Positions 1-8,865 of a DNA stretch of 64,000 bases are shown here, in pieces. The position numbers were made by a program, and so were the translations under genes. The stretch lies in NCBI RefSeq assembly GCF_024700885.2, contig NZ_CP117016.1; one strand, given 5' to 3'. The notes under the pieces were generated by a model. That model saw only the letters and a list, made by a program, of their open reading frames with translations, did not search any database and had not been told where the DNA came from. How positions within the stretch are numbered: position 1 is the stretch's first letter; each line of letters opens with the position of its first letter. Source of the stretch: Escherichia coli (GTDB taxonomy: Bacteria > Pseudomonadota > Gammaproteobacteria > Enterobacterales > Enterobacteriaceae).

Positions 1-61
1 CTCCTGCACATTCACCCTTTCTGATTTCCAGCGACGCGGACGCTCGCTCTCACTGCCATTA

Positions 62-403
62 TCAATGGTTGCCACCGTTAGCATTCAGTAACGGTAGTGC
101 CAGCACAATATCCACCAGGGAACGATCAGAAACCGTCGATAAATCACAGACCGGAGGCAGATTATCCGCGCGTTCCGTATCAATAAGCGTTCCGTCCGGG
201 AAACGAACAATCAGACGGGTGGCATTCAACCGTGAAAGCGGTAACAGAGAGTCATCAAACTCTGCAGCCACCACGCCCCATGGATGCGCCAGCCCCATTC
301 TGGCAACGCTGTCTGCCAGATGAACATCCCAGGCAGCCTGCTGCTGAAACTGCTGGGGCATCAGAAAAGCCCCGTCTTCCCATAGTGGGCGATAAATCTT
401 CAT
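62..403 (-). pseudogene. tssK: T6SS baseplate subunit TssK, 5' portion; frame breaks after codon 113 (TGA TAA) while another frame stays open to the window edge
   Basis: N-terminus MKIYRPLWEDGAFLMPQQFQQQ fits the TssK family start; lies 16 nt downstream of tssC on the same strand; the 113-codon length is far short of TssK as I recall it (~445 aa). Confidence 0.5.
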
Positions 404-418
404 TTCCCGACACCTGCC

Positions 419-1963
419 TTACGCTTTTGCCTTCGGCATCTGCGAAACCAGTGACAGGCTGACGTCCATACCTTCTACCTGGAAATGCGGTACGGCGTAG
501 AGTTTCACGCGGAAGAATCCCGGATTGTCTTCGATATCTTCCACCACCACTTTTCCGTCACGCAGCGGATGCGAGGCCTGCAGTTCATCACCCGGATCGG
601 TCATCTCCGTCACCAGTCCCCGGATCCAGTTATTCAGCTCCAGCTCAAGCAGACGGCGATCTTTGGTGGTACCGATATTTTCCCGCTGAATGATCTTCAG
701 GTAATGCGCAATACGGGACAGCAGGAAGATATAGGGAAGACGGGCATTAATACGACTGTTCGCCGTTGCATCCGGCGTATCGTACAGCGCCGGTTTCTGG
801 GCGGAGTTAGCAGAGAAGAAGCAGGCATAATCCCGGTTCTTGTAGTAAGAGAGCGGAATAAAGCCCAGATTCGCGAATTCAAACTCCCGCGTTTCCGGGA
901 TCATCACCTCTGACGGAATTTTGACCTGATTACCGGTTCCCAGATCATACAAATGGATTGGCAAATCCTGCACCGCACCACCGGCCTGAGGCCCACGGAT
1001 CTGAACACACCAGCCGTTGGTGACAAAACTGCGCACCATGTTGGCTGCAAAGGCAAAAGACGCGTTCGTCCAGAGATATTTATGGTGGTCCGGTCCTTTC
1101 ACCTCTTCAACATAGTTAAAGCTGCGGACAGGTACGGTATCCGGGCCATACGGCAGGCGTCCCAGTACACGGGGCATCACCAGGCCAATATAGCGGGCAT
1201 CGTCCGTCTCACGGAAAGCATTCCACTTGATGTACTCGGCACGCTCAAAGTGGTTGCCAATATCCTTGATGGCAGCCACCTCTTCCATGGTTTCTTTCTG
1301 GAAGAACGCCGGGCCAACTGAACCAATAAACGGCATATGTGCAGATGCCGCCACCCGGGAAATATTTTTCAGCAACGCCACGTCCTGTGCAGATGCATCA
1401 AACTCCCAGGCTGAAACCAGGGCGGCAATGGGCTCACCACCCGGCGTGTCATACTCAGCCACATAGGTCTGCAGATAAAGGCCGCTCTGAATAATTTCCG
1501 GCGCATCCTCAAAATCCTGACGCAGATCGTCTTTGGACAGATCCAGCAGCTCAATTTTCACATTACGGCGGAAGTCCGTTTTATCCACCAGGGACTTCAC
1601 GCCCCGCCACAGCGACTCCACTTTCTGAAATTCCGGATGATGAAGCACAGCATCCAGTTGACGGCTGATCTGATAATCAAGCTCTGCAATATGATGGTCA
1701 ATCAGCGCTTTATCGAGTTTTTCCACCTGCGTGCCGGCTTTTGCCAGACACTCCATAAACACCTGCATCCCTGCCGTCAGACGTTCATCTGCAGATGCTT
1801 CTGACATGGCCTGTGGATCCTGCCAGATATCCAGTGCACTCAGGGCAGATACCGGACTCAGGTTAATTTTTTCAAACAGGGAAGCATATACGCTGTCGCC
1901 GGCATGCGCTTCAGATACCACGCTCTCTGCAACGTTCTTTTCTTTCTGTACAGACATCAGCAT
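419..1963 (-). CDS. tssC: T6SS contractile sheath large subunit TssC (VipB)
   Basis: 514-aa ORF directly downstream of tssB, of the size expected for TssC; GAGAG Shine-Dalgarno before the ATG. Confidence 0.8.
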   Translation of the reverse strand: MLMSVQKEKNVAESVVSEAHAGDSVYASLFEKINLSPVSALSALDIWQDPQAMSEASADERLTAGMQVFMECLAKAGTQVEKLDKALIDHHIAELDYQISRQLDAVLHHPEFQKVESLWRGVKSLVDKTDFRRNVKIELLDLSKDDLRQDFEDAPEIIQSGLYLQTYVAEYDTPGGEPIAALVSAWEFDASAQDVALLKNISRVAASAHMPFIGSVGPAFFQKETMEEVAAIKDIGNHFERAEYIKWNAFRETDDARYIGLVMPRVLGRLPYGPDTVPVRSFNYVEEVKGPDHHKYLWTNASFAFAANMVRSFVTNGWCVQIRGPQAGGAVQDLPIHLYDLGTGNQVKIPSEVMIPETREFEFANLGFIPLSYYKNRDYACFFSANSAQKPALYDTPDATANSRINARLPYIFLLSRIAHYLKIIQRENIGTTKDRRLLELELNNWIRGLVTEMTDPGDELQASHPLRDGKVVVEDIEDNPGFFRVKLYAVPHFQVEGMDVSLSLVSQMPKAKA

Positions 1964-1984
1964 TTTCTCTCGTAATCCGTTAAA

Positions 1985-2482
1985 TCACGCCTTTTCCGGC
2001 ACCAGTGCACGCAGTTCATCACGCAGCGTCTGACTCAGTGCCGGGTCACGCAGAATTTTTTCCAGCTCTTTACGGAAAGTCACGTTATCCAGCAGATTGG
2101 CTTTCAGGTCCCGCAGAAGGCTACGCATGGCCAGCATGGCTTTAAGACGGGGAATCTGTCGGGCGACCTGCTCTGGCGTGAAATCGTTCATATTGCGGAA
2201 AGTCAGGCTGATGCTCTCTTCAGAGCCATCACCGGCAAGCGTGTTCTCCACATTCAGATGTACAGACGGGGAGATATCTGCCAGAACATCATTAAAATTG
2301 TTTTTATTAATATCCGTTTTTACACGCTCTGACAGTGGACGCTCTTCCTGTCCGTTACTGAAATCACCGGCAACCAGAAGTTTGAGCGGAAGCTCCACTT
2401 TCTTCTGCCCACCACCCGTATGTAGGTCTAATTTCAGATTTACCCTTGCTTTCGGGATTTCATTCTGAAACGAACTGCTCAT
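1985..2482 (-). CDS. tssB: T6SS contractile sheath small subunit TssB (VipA)
   Basis: Segment KARVNLKLDLHTGGGQKKVELPLKLLVAGDFS is TssB-like; start placed at internal Met (MSSSFQNE) preceded by AGGAGA; ORF track extends to 2506. Confidence 0.8.
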   Translation of the reverse strand: MSSSFQNEIPKARVNLKLDLHTGGGQKKVELPLKLLVAGDFSNGQEERPLSERVKTDINKNNFNDVLADISPSVHLNVENTLAGDGSEESISLTFRNMNDFTPEQVARQIPRLKAMLAMRSLLRDLKANLLDNVTFRKELEKILRDPALSQTLRDELRALVPEKA

Positions 2483-2558
2483 GGCTCTCTCCTGTGAAAC
2501 CTGCATCTAAGGGGTTCCATCACCGCAGATGCCTCCCCTTGTGCACTGATTTAATTTT

Positions 2559-2611
2559 GATCATTATAGGACGAAGATCTGAAAAATCTCAATATGACAG
2601 ATACATCGATC
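2559..2611 (-). promoter_or_regulatory. AT-rich tssB upstream region with three GATC sites and a Fur-box-like half site (GATCATTAT)
   Basis: GATC at 2559, 2576 and 2608, about 80-130 bp upstream of the tssB start; a Fur/Dam switch is reported for the EAEC sci1 T6SS promoter. Confidence 0.3.
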
Positions 2612-2988
2612 GATATAACGCAAATAATCAGGACTTTATTCTATGGAATGTCGCAAAATAATGAATATTCAAAGCTTATAACCATTGTTAATGTAAAAAT
2701 ACAGAAAATTATTCCACAAAACACTTTTGATACAGCCAGTTAACATAAACACTGTATTTTCTTGATTTCAGTCATTGAAAATCACAATGAGTAAAGTTTC
2801 AGCAGCATTGACGTGATTTCTGGAAAGCGGGAAAGATATGGAGGAAGGGCCCAACAAAATGCAATGAAAGAAGGAGTGAGGGGATTTCTAGTAAAAACAG
2901 AAGATTAACAAAACACATCAGGAGGCAGAGACTCCTGATTCAGTGCTACCACATGAAAATTTAGTTAACTGTTACCGTTCTGAAATCT

Positions 2989-3180
2989 ATGTCAGAAGAT
3001 ATTCCATTACCGAAAATCAATCAGCGATACAGAGACGATCATGGTGCGCTTGTCACCGTGACCAGTGTTGAGGAAACCCGGGTGGTGTTTATGCGGGACG
3101 GCTATCCGCATCCCTGCATGCGACCGATGTACAACTTCCTGGGAAAATTCAAACCCGAACCCCGGGAAGAAACAGAATAA
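2989..3180 (+). CDS. small hypothetical protein (63 aa)
   Basis: ORF only; no clear Shine-Dalgarno. Confidence 0.25.
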   Translation: MSEDIPLPKINQRYRDDHGALVTVTSVEETRVVFMRDGYPHPCMRPMYNFLGKFKPEPREETE

Positions 3181-3232
3181 AACGAAATCCCTGCCGGCAA
3201 TCACATTGCCTGATGGCAGCATAATCCACTTA

Positions 3233-3541
3233 TTAATTCTCATCCCCGGAGACAAGCCCTGAAAACCACTCCGGGTGTTCACTGTATGCTGTGTTCAGCG
3301 CATCCCAGGAAACGTTGATATAAAAGCTGTCCTGCAATTTCCGGGTAACCACCTCTGCCAGGCGGTTCCGGTTACCCACCAGTCCGGCATAACCTCTCTC
3401 TGCCAGCCACTCATTCAGTTCATGTTCCAGAGACAGATTGATAATATCGTAATCGGACCTTGCCATTCCCGTTTCCTTAGCACATGTTTTCAGGCACGGG
3501 GATAAAGTATAAAGAATGTCGTACTGCTGCTGCCAGAGCAA
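3233..3541 (-). CDS. hypothetical protein (102 aa; possible internal start at MARSDYD)
   Basis: Last ORF of a co-directional minus-strand gene string 6023 to 3233. Confidence 0.35.
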   Translation of the reverse strand: MLWQQQYDILYTLSPCLKTCAKETGMARSDYDIINLSLEHELNEWLAERGYAGLVGNRNRLAEVVTRKLQDSFYINVSWDALNTAYSEHPEWFSGLVSGDEN

Positions 3542-3561
3542 TATTCCCCCTGATGGTTGTA

Positions 3562-4221
3562 TCAGAGATGGTATGCCGGTACTTTGCGGGTTGTTCCTGT
3601 CAGGTTATCGTGCACCTCCACGGTCGTGGTCACCACCGGCATTCCGGCCTTTCTCAGCCTCAGAACATCAGCCGCAATACGCTGACTGCCAAACCAGAAC
3701 AGGCCGTCCAGTGCAGTCACCAGTAAACCCGCCTCCAGTGCATACTTCAGCCGTTCACGGGGCGCTTTCACTTCCCGGGCAACCTGCTGATATGGCAATG
3801 ATGTGTTTTCATTCCCAACCACGCGACGAATACGATGAGACAGATGATACCGGAATGTATCCGGCACACCAGAAAGGCTGGCCTTCAGGCTGTACACGCA
3901 GCCAAACCGTTTATCGTTAAACACCACATTTTTCTGGCTGATTCCCCATTCTTCACGCAGCGCAGCAATCAGTTGTGGTGTACGGGTAAGCAACAAGCGA
4001 AAAGGCAGTTCAAAACTGGTGACGTAATCCACATTCAGCAGTGCAATACGCAGCCGTTCTTCTGGCCCGGCCTCTGTCTGCCGGCACTCCTCCAGAACAT
4101 CCTGCCACTGCTGGCGAAGACGGGGCGATTCGTTCCGTTCTGTAAAACAGTATTTATCCGCCAGATAGTCAATTTGTGTACGCATACTGAAGAGCATTCC
4201 GTATAAAGATTCAGCTGACAA
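3562..4221 (-). CDS. hypothetical island protein (219 aa)
   Basis: Uninterrupted ORF in the same minus-strand string; no motif recognised. Confidence 0.45.
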   Translation of the reverse strand: MSAESLYGMLFSMRTQIDYLADKYCFTERNESPRLRQQWQDVLEECRQTEAGPEERLRIALLNVDYVTSFELPFRLLLTRTPQLIAALREEWGISQKNVVFNDKRFGCVYSLKASLSGVPDTFRYHLSHRIRRVVGNENTSLPYQQVAREVKAPRERLKYALEAGLLVTALDGLFWFGSQRIAADVLRLRKAGMPVVTTTVEVHDNLTGTTRKVPAYHL

Positions 4222-4493
4222 AACTTTATCAGTCCATAAGAATCAACGGAAGCACCGATGGTTCACCTGGTCATCACCAAGTTTTGCCATAACCGGTAGC
4301 AATGATCATTCTGTGTAACTATTTGCCCGCAGATGATGATGTTTATCGATGTCTCCCCTGTCTGAATGTCGCATAAAGAGGATCATCAGCAGACACAGCC
4401 AGTGAGCCACCGTCCGCGGAACAAAGCGCCGGACCACATCCGGATCCGGCAGGGGCATGACTGGCATGATCAAGTAATTATGTCGCATCTCCC

Positions 4494-4967
4494 TCACTCC
4501 TGGTCCCGGAGCAAATCTGGCTGGTATCTGTAAACATACTTCGTACATGCCGCTCTGCAATAAATCCCCGTGCCACAGGCTTCACAGAACTTTTTCCCGG
4601 AAAAATGCTGCCCGCACATCACACAATGCCACTCCAGCACGACAGGTAATGGCGATAAAAACATCGCCATATCATCAATGTAAGGATGGGATTTTTCCGG
4701 ATTCAGCACCACGCAGGCCGCCTTCTGTTGCGCGCTCAGGGCATGTAAATCGTGCTCAAACCACGCCCCCTGAGCATCTGTCTGCAAAATCAACCGGCCA
4801 CGACAGGAAAGACAGAAACAATGCCGGATATTTCTGCTGAGCGCAGAATCGGCACTGATAATGTGCTCACCCGGCGTGATCCCAGCCCCGTTTTTATACC
4901 GTTCATTCTGCAACCACCTCCTCACTGAAGCGCCCTGTATGACAGTGTGTGCAGTACTGCTCCCCAT
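4494..4967 (-). CDS. Cys-rich (multiple CxxC) putative zinc-binding protein, 157 aa; may be the 3' half of a frameshifted gene
   Basis: CFCLSC and CVMCGQ...CEACGTGIYCRAAC motifs; overlaps the upstream Cys-rich ORF by 65 nt in another frame. Confidence 0.4.
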   Translation of the reverse strand: MGSSTAHTVIQGASVRRWLQNERYKNGAGITPGEHIISADSALSRNIRHCFCLSCRGRLILQTDAQGAWFEHDLHALSAQQKAACVVLNPEKSHPYIDDMAMFLSPLPVVLEWHCVMCGQHFSGKKFCEACGTGIYCRAACTKYVYRYQPDLLRDQE

Positions 4968-5292
4968 AATAATCGTGGTGACATTGTCTGCAGTGCCAGC
5001 TGGCTTTACGCACTACGGGTAAGGCGTTCGGTACGAATTGCCGTAAGCGTTTAATCAACAGTATTTCTCTGCGCTCCGGTCTGACATAAGGGCACTCATG
5101 ACCATGCTCAGTCAGCCCGTCGTCAGTGTGTTCAAACCAGGGACGTTCAGTGTCGTATTGCGGGTGGTATCTGAGAGCACTGCCACAGAGGTGGCAGGTG
5201 TAACGATCGTATGGCGCTGTCTGTGCGGTACGGGCGCCGGTCAGACGTCCGTTGCCATCAAGTGCGAGAAAGGATTTTGCGTACATCGTCAT
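4903..5292 (-). CDS. Cys-rich (multiple CxxC) putative zinc-binding protein, 129 aa; may be the 5' half of a frameshifted gene
   Basis: CHLC, CRQCHHDYYGEQYCTHCH motifs. Confidence 0.4.
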   Translation of the reverse strand: MTMYAKSFLALDGNGRLTGARTAQTAPYDRYTCHLCGSALRYHPQYDTERPWFEHTDDGLTEHGHECPYVRPERREILLIKRLRQFVPNALPVVRKASWHCRQCHHDYYGEQYCTHCHTGRFSEEVVAE

Positions 5293-5453
5293 ATTCCTCA
5301 GCCGCCAGACGACACGCAGGCAACAGCCGTCCCGGTACGGGCAGCGTGGTCAGGGTGTGAATGGCGGTTTTCAGTTCAGTCTCAGAAGGGAAAATCAGTG
5401 TGGTCGCTGTGAACACGTCATCACACTAAGGTCAGATAAGTCGTCTGTCGGGC

Positions 5454-6023
5454 TCAGCCACGACTGCAGCCAAAGTTGCGCTCACCGGTGCCGTAAGCTT
5501 TGGTACTCTCCTTCGCCAGATAGTCAGCACGCTCCAGCACCTGCTGAAAGCCGGTGTCATCATCGCGTTCCAGCCACACCGCCGGCCTGACCGGAAAATG
5601 CGCCAGCGTGGTATGATCTCCGGTATCCACTCCCAGGGCACTGCACCACGCCTGTTTAATCATCCCGGCCAGTGATCCCGGAGCGCGGTAATCGCCGGCA
5701 CGACACCAGGTATCCCGGTTGACCAGCAGCATCAGGTGATAGTGTTTTTTACCTTTGCACTCCCCAAACTCCCGGGCCCAGACGTAATGCAGGGTTGTGG
5801 GATGCACGCGTTTGCCTTCACGGCGCTTACGCTTCTGATAAGCATCGATTCGGGCTTTCAGGGCATTGATGAAGCGGGATATCACTGCTGCGTCAGTTGC
5901 TGCCGGTACATCCGGGAGACGCAGGTCAATCCGCAATGCCGTCAGACGGGGATGAACATCCAGTGCGCGCAGCACCGTCTCACGGATACGTTGTTGCCAG
6001 AAGGGGTTGTATTTGTAGGTCAT
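5454..6023 (-). CDS. YagK/YfjJ-family (inovirus Gp2-like) island protein
   Basis: Resembles K-12 prophage YfjJ/YagK proteins as recalled; start at MTYKYNPFWQQ has GGAG 8 nt upstream; ORF track extends to 6098. Confidence 0.6.
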   Translation of the reverse strand: MTYKYNPFWQQRIRETVLRALDVHPRLTALRIDLRLPDVPAATDAAVISRFINALKARIDAYQKRKRREGKRVHPTTLHYVWAREFGECKGKKHYHLMLLVNRDTWCRAGDYRAPGSLAGMIKQAWCSALGVDTGDHTTLAHFPVRPAVWLERDDDTGFQQVLERADYLAKESTKAYGTGERNFGCSRG

Positions 6024-6221
6024 GGTTAAATCTCCGTATGGTTCATACGGAATAGCCACGTCGTAAAAAATGCGCAGAGTCCCTGAAGTGACCTCCAACC
6101 GGGCAATATCTCAGGCACTCTGTGATAACCCGATTGTCGTCTCCGGACTGACGGTTGAATTTTCAGCGTTGTTTTTTTAATGTAAAAAACCGGTTACGGG
6201 TAAGGCTGTGAGGAGGGAGTG

Positions 6222-6422
6222 ATGGTGATACGCAAAAAGAAGTGCAGGGACTGTGGAAACGCGATTACTCATAATACTGTGTATTGCCCGTATTGTGGTT
6301 CTGTCGACCCCTTCGGCTATTACCGGAATACAGACCGTATCGTTACCATACTGCTGGCACTGATTATTGTGGTCCTGCTGACTACTGTCAGCGTCAGTGT
6401 GTATATACTGTGTAGCTGGTGA
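6222..6422 (+). CDS. small zinc-ribbon membrane protein (CxxC...CxxC then hydrophobic helix)
   Basis: AGGAGGG Shine-Dalgarno 4 nt before ATG; CRDCGN...CPYCGS then ILLALIIVVLLTTVSVSVYIL. Confidence 0.4.
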   Translation: MVIRKKKCRDCGNAITHNTVYCPYCGSVDPFGYYRNTDRIVTILLALIIVVLLTTVSVSVYILCSW

Positions 6423-7648
6423 GATAACGGTTCATGTATCCCCTGAGCTGACAGTGTACCGGTTATATTAAGCGTAACCGACAGGTTCTCCTTCATACCA
6501 TATTAAATTTTTCCAGGTATTGCCGCTGCCTTATTTCGTCCCATACAGGAAAACTCGTCTGGGTTTCTGACAAATACGTGAAACTCACAGCCCCTCAATA
6601 TCAACCACACGCTGTAAGCCGGTAATACCTGAAAATCAGCCTATTACCGCCCACGCCTCCGGCACTATTCCCTTTTGATTTCGAATTCTTTGTTGTCGCT
6701 ATACCGTGTAACATCACCGATACCACACACCGGCACAGATAACACCGGACTTATCGTAGCGCTGCTTCAATATTCAGGTGACATATTTCCAGACGGAAGC
6801 CGGCACGCGATCGTAAAATTTGCGGTCAGTTCTGCCAGCCGGTTGTCAACGGCAGAGTTAAAGGCTTCCAGCTCCGCAAGGGTAAGTTTATAACGCGTGT
6901 GGGAATTCACTTTTCCCGCGTCTCCTGACGTATTACGGGCTGCCACTTACCTGGTGTCCCGCAATACAGCCTTAGTGTTCCGTTATCGGGGATCCGGACG
7001 CACCGCAACAACCGGGGAAGTATTTCTGGTTAGAGCTGTGTCAAGAGGGATTTCTCAGCCCCTCACTCACCGGCTCAGTTTCAGGGCAGGAGCATTAATA
7101 CGCTCAGTTCATGTCTTATACAGGAATGGGCATAGGGGGAGCTGGCGTGTCACTGCTGATTTTACGCATCAGCGTTCATGTATTTGCACTCTGATACAGA
7201 ATGCTTCACAGCGCTCTGTTACCGGAGAGATTTACTCTCTTAGGTTATTCTGGCAAATCCTTTACGTTACTCTCTGATAACTTCTTATATTTATAATACC
7301 AATCAGACAGCCTTATCCCACCAGTGATACCTGTCCCGGCCCACAAGGCACGGGCTGCCCCACCGTAACTGCCCCGTAAATAACTCTGCAATTATCAGAA
7401 CGCCAGTTTTCCCCTCTTCCTCACGAAAATCATCCCTTCTTTATCGCGCGCGCGTGCGGAAGCATCGTTTCGTAACAACCACCCGGCATACCGGTACGGC
7501 TCAGCCACCGTAACCTCCCCGTTTATCTCCTGGCGGTCACATTCCCGATTATTTTTTACGTTTCTCCCCGGTTGTTATGCCGGTGAAGGTGGTGCGTTGT
7601 TTTCATGACCACACCGGCTGGTTTAACAACATCCGGAGGAACATTCTC

Positions 7649-7855
7649 ATGATCACCCCAGTTTCACTGATGGATGACCAGATGGTCGACATGGCATTTA
7701 TCACTCAACTGACCGGCCTGACCGATAAGTGGTTTTACAAACTCATCAAGGATGGTGACTTTCCTGCGCCCATCAAAATGGGCCGCAGCTCCCGATGGCT
7801 GAAAAGCGAAGTGGAAGCCTGGCTGCAGGCGCGTATTGCACAGTCCCGTCCGTAA
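7649..7855 (+). CDS. alpA: AlpA-family prophage transcriptional regulator
   Basis: LTGLTDKWFYKLIKDGDFPAPIKMGRSSRWLKSEVEAWL is the AlpA HTH signature; GGAGGA Shine-Dalgarno before ATG 7649. Confidence 0.8.
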   Translation: MITPVSLMDDQMVDMAFITQLTGLTDKWFYKLIKDGDFPAPIKMGRSSRWLKSEVEAWLQARIAQSRP

Positions 7856-7935
7856 TTCTTAACCGTTCATCTGCAACAGACGCAGTCTCCGGCCTGCCGG
7901 CGGCGTTCTGCTGCCTGTTATCCCCCGTGAGGAAT

Positions 7936-8544
7936 ATGAAAATGAAACCACAGTATCAGACCCGTTACGAGCTGCTCCACGAAAGCTACCAGAAATGGCT
8001 GACCGGCTTCACCCGGCACGCCGTATCCTGGGGCGTGTGTCATCCGAATATCTACTACTTCCATAATCTGACGCCCGGGTGGGTGTCATTCAATGGTGAA
8101 AAACCGGAGATTGCCATCGTACCCCAGAGTCTGCACCGGCTGATTTATGGTCCGGACAAACGGACCACGCCGCCCCTGGATGATGATCTGATAGTGAATT
8201 TATGCACCAGTGAACATCTGCTGGTTCATCATCCGATGCTGGAAGGCATTCTCCTGTCTGAATGTGAACGTCTGAGGCAGCGTTCGCTGGCAAATAAACT
8301 GATCAGCCTCTTCCGTCAGTTTGGTGGCACGGAGTTGCGCCTCAAACTGGTCTGGCTTTGCTGGCTTGATTTAATGACCGGAAACTGCCTTGACGACTGG
8401 ACGGAGAATCTGAAACGGAAATCAGAAAAAGAGCTGGAGGAATGGATCATCAACCGTCAGAAGCAGAGCGCAGCACTGACGGATCTGATGGATCAGTACG
8501 TGCTCCTGGCATACCGCACAACGGTTGACGATAAGCGCACCTGA
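7936..8544 (+). CDS. hypothetical protein (202 aa) downstream of alpA
   Basis: ORF with GTGAGGAA Shine-Dalgarno before ATG 7936 (start MKMKPQYQ). Confidence 0.5.
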   Translation: MKMKPQYQTRYELLHESYQKWLTGFTRHAVSWGVCHPNIYYFHNLTPGWVSFNGEKPEIAIVPQSLHRLIYGPDKRTTPPLDDDLIVNLCTSEHLLVHHPMLEGILLSECERLRQRSLANKLISLFRQFGGTELRLKLVWLCWLDLMTGNCLDDWTENLKRKSEKELEEWIINRQKQSAALTDLMDQYVLLAYRTTVDDKRT

Positions 8545-8766
8545 TGCCAGTTGTTTCAGGGAAGCTGGTATCCGGGCAGGGTGCCAGGGCTGACTGAACG
8601 GCCTGTCTGTCTGCCGTTTCGCTCTCCGTGCGTTCTGTCACACGCTGCACCTGAACGCCGGACTGCGGGCACGCAGACAGGAAAGTCGCAGGCTGGAACT
8701 TCTGACCGGCGGGTATCAGTTATATGCCTGTTGATTCATCACCACCACGCAGCTCCTGAGCTTTAG

Positions 8767-8806
8767 TTCATCACCGATATTCATACATCTGAATATCGGT
8801 GATGAA
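8767..8806. repeat. perfect 17-bp inverted repeat (TTCATCACCGATATTCA / 6-nt spacer / TGAATATCGGTGATGAA)
   Basis: Read directly; lies between convergent genes ending at 8544 and 8866. Confidence 0.6.
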
Positions 8807-8865
8807 ATCCCCATAATAATCAATCATCTAAGTCTGAAGCATAATGGAGAAAAACTGCTCACCGG

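Noticed and set aside
6675-7277. 72-aa and 126-aa plus-strand ORFs in the yfjJ-like / alpA intergenic region
   Set aside because: Low-complexity Ser/Arg-rich translations, no Shine-Dalgarno; more likely non-coding or decayed sequence.
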